Part shown: in pieces, positions 63,630-64,000 of the stretch
Layout of the letters: each line of letters opens with the position of its first letter
Numbering within the stretch: the stretch's first letter is position 1
NCBI RefSeq assembly: GCF_009914755.1
Contig: NC_060930.1
Source: the human T2T-CHM13v2.0 reference genome, Homo sapiens
Length of the DNA stretch: 64,000 nucleotides
Reading direction: 5' to 3' (one strand)
The notes under the pieces: generated by a model
Database searches by the model: none
What the model was told of the DNA's origin: nothing
What the model saw: the letters and a program-made list of their open reading frames with translations, nothing else
Program-made: the position numbers and the translations under genes

Positions 63630-63732
63630 ATGGGGAGTTTCTTGTCGGGGGAGAAAAGACCATCCGCACCCACCGTGGGGAGCGCGATGGAGAAAAAGGA
63701 ATTCCCCACCCCACCCGGCAGGGTCGGCCCAG
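63630..63732 (+). CDS. PTK7: PTK7 alternative first coding exon (MGSFLSGEKRPSAPTVGSAMEKKEFPTPPGRVGP)
   Basis: 103 nt, the same phase 1 as exon 1; strong donor CAG|GTAAGA. Confidence 0.6.
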
Positions 63733-64000
63733 GTAAGAGTTGCTGGTTTGGGGCCCGATGCCGGACAGACCTGCGGCGCGCAAAGCGCGGAGCTTTGTTA
63801 CCTACGCCGACCCGACGTTCCCGGCTTCCCTCCTCCGAGTTCCTGGGCAAAGCTGAGACCCCAGATGGCCCTGCGGGTGAGGGCGGAAGAAGGGAAGAGT
63901 TAGGGGCCGCCCCCATCCATGGCCTCTAGCTACTGGTCTGGAACCCTGCGCCCACTCCGTGCCAGGGCCGAATCCGGGGATCCGAGGGTCCCAGGCTGTC

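Larger units (their letters stand above)
62930..64000 (+). promoter_or_regulatory. PTK7 CpG island / promoter
   Basis: Very GC- and CpG-rich; several GGGGCGGGG boxes; (GGC)n near 63024-63042. Confidence 0.85.

Noticed and set aside
62808-63929. Long overlapping ORFs (178-210 aa) on both strands at PTK7, and similar ones at 40389-41221
   Set aside because: Stop-poor CpG-island sequence, Pro/Arg/Gly/Ala-rich with no recognisable domain.

Overview
Human (or very close primate) genomic DNA matching the gene-dense 6p21.1 cluster MEA1(-) / KLHDC3(+) / RRP36(+) / CUL7(-) / MRPL2(-) / KLC4(+) / PTK7(+, 5' end only). I rebuilt the spliced CDSs by hand from splice junctions. They close in frame at KLHDC3 382 aa, RRP36 257 aa, CUL7 1698 aa, MRPL2 305 aa and KLC4 619 aa; MEA1 and PTK7 run off the window edges. 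Introns and intergenic DNA are very rich in Alus, with L1, L2 and MIR relics and a 7SL retropseudogene interrupted by an Alu. Most ORFs in the supplied track are Alu-derived or GC-rich noise. I see no new protein-coding system. The most interesting signals are finer-scale: (i) repeated retro-insertion into the same target site (triplicated TSD motifs), including an unexplained mini-insert next to the 7SL copy; (ii) an Alu target-site duplication that appears to have copied the RRP36 exon 3 donor, with the GT lost in the downstream copy; (iii) a CAG|GTGAGT re-splicing motif at the start of CUL7 exon 20; (iv) uORFs in MEA1, KLHDC3 and KLC4; (v) poly(A)-to-promoter gaps of about 350-400 bp that permit read-through, with an in-frame MRPL2(MTS)-CUL7 fusion possible; (vi) a coding GGGGCC repeat in RRP36. 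Gene names and reference comparisons are from memory and were not checked against a database.
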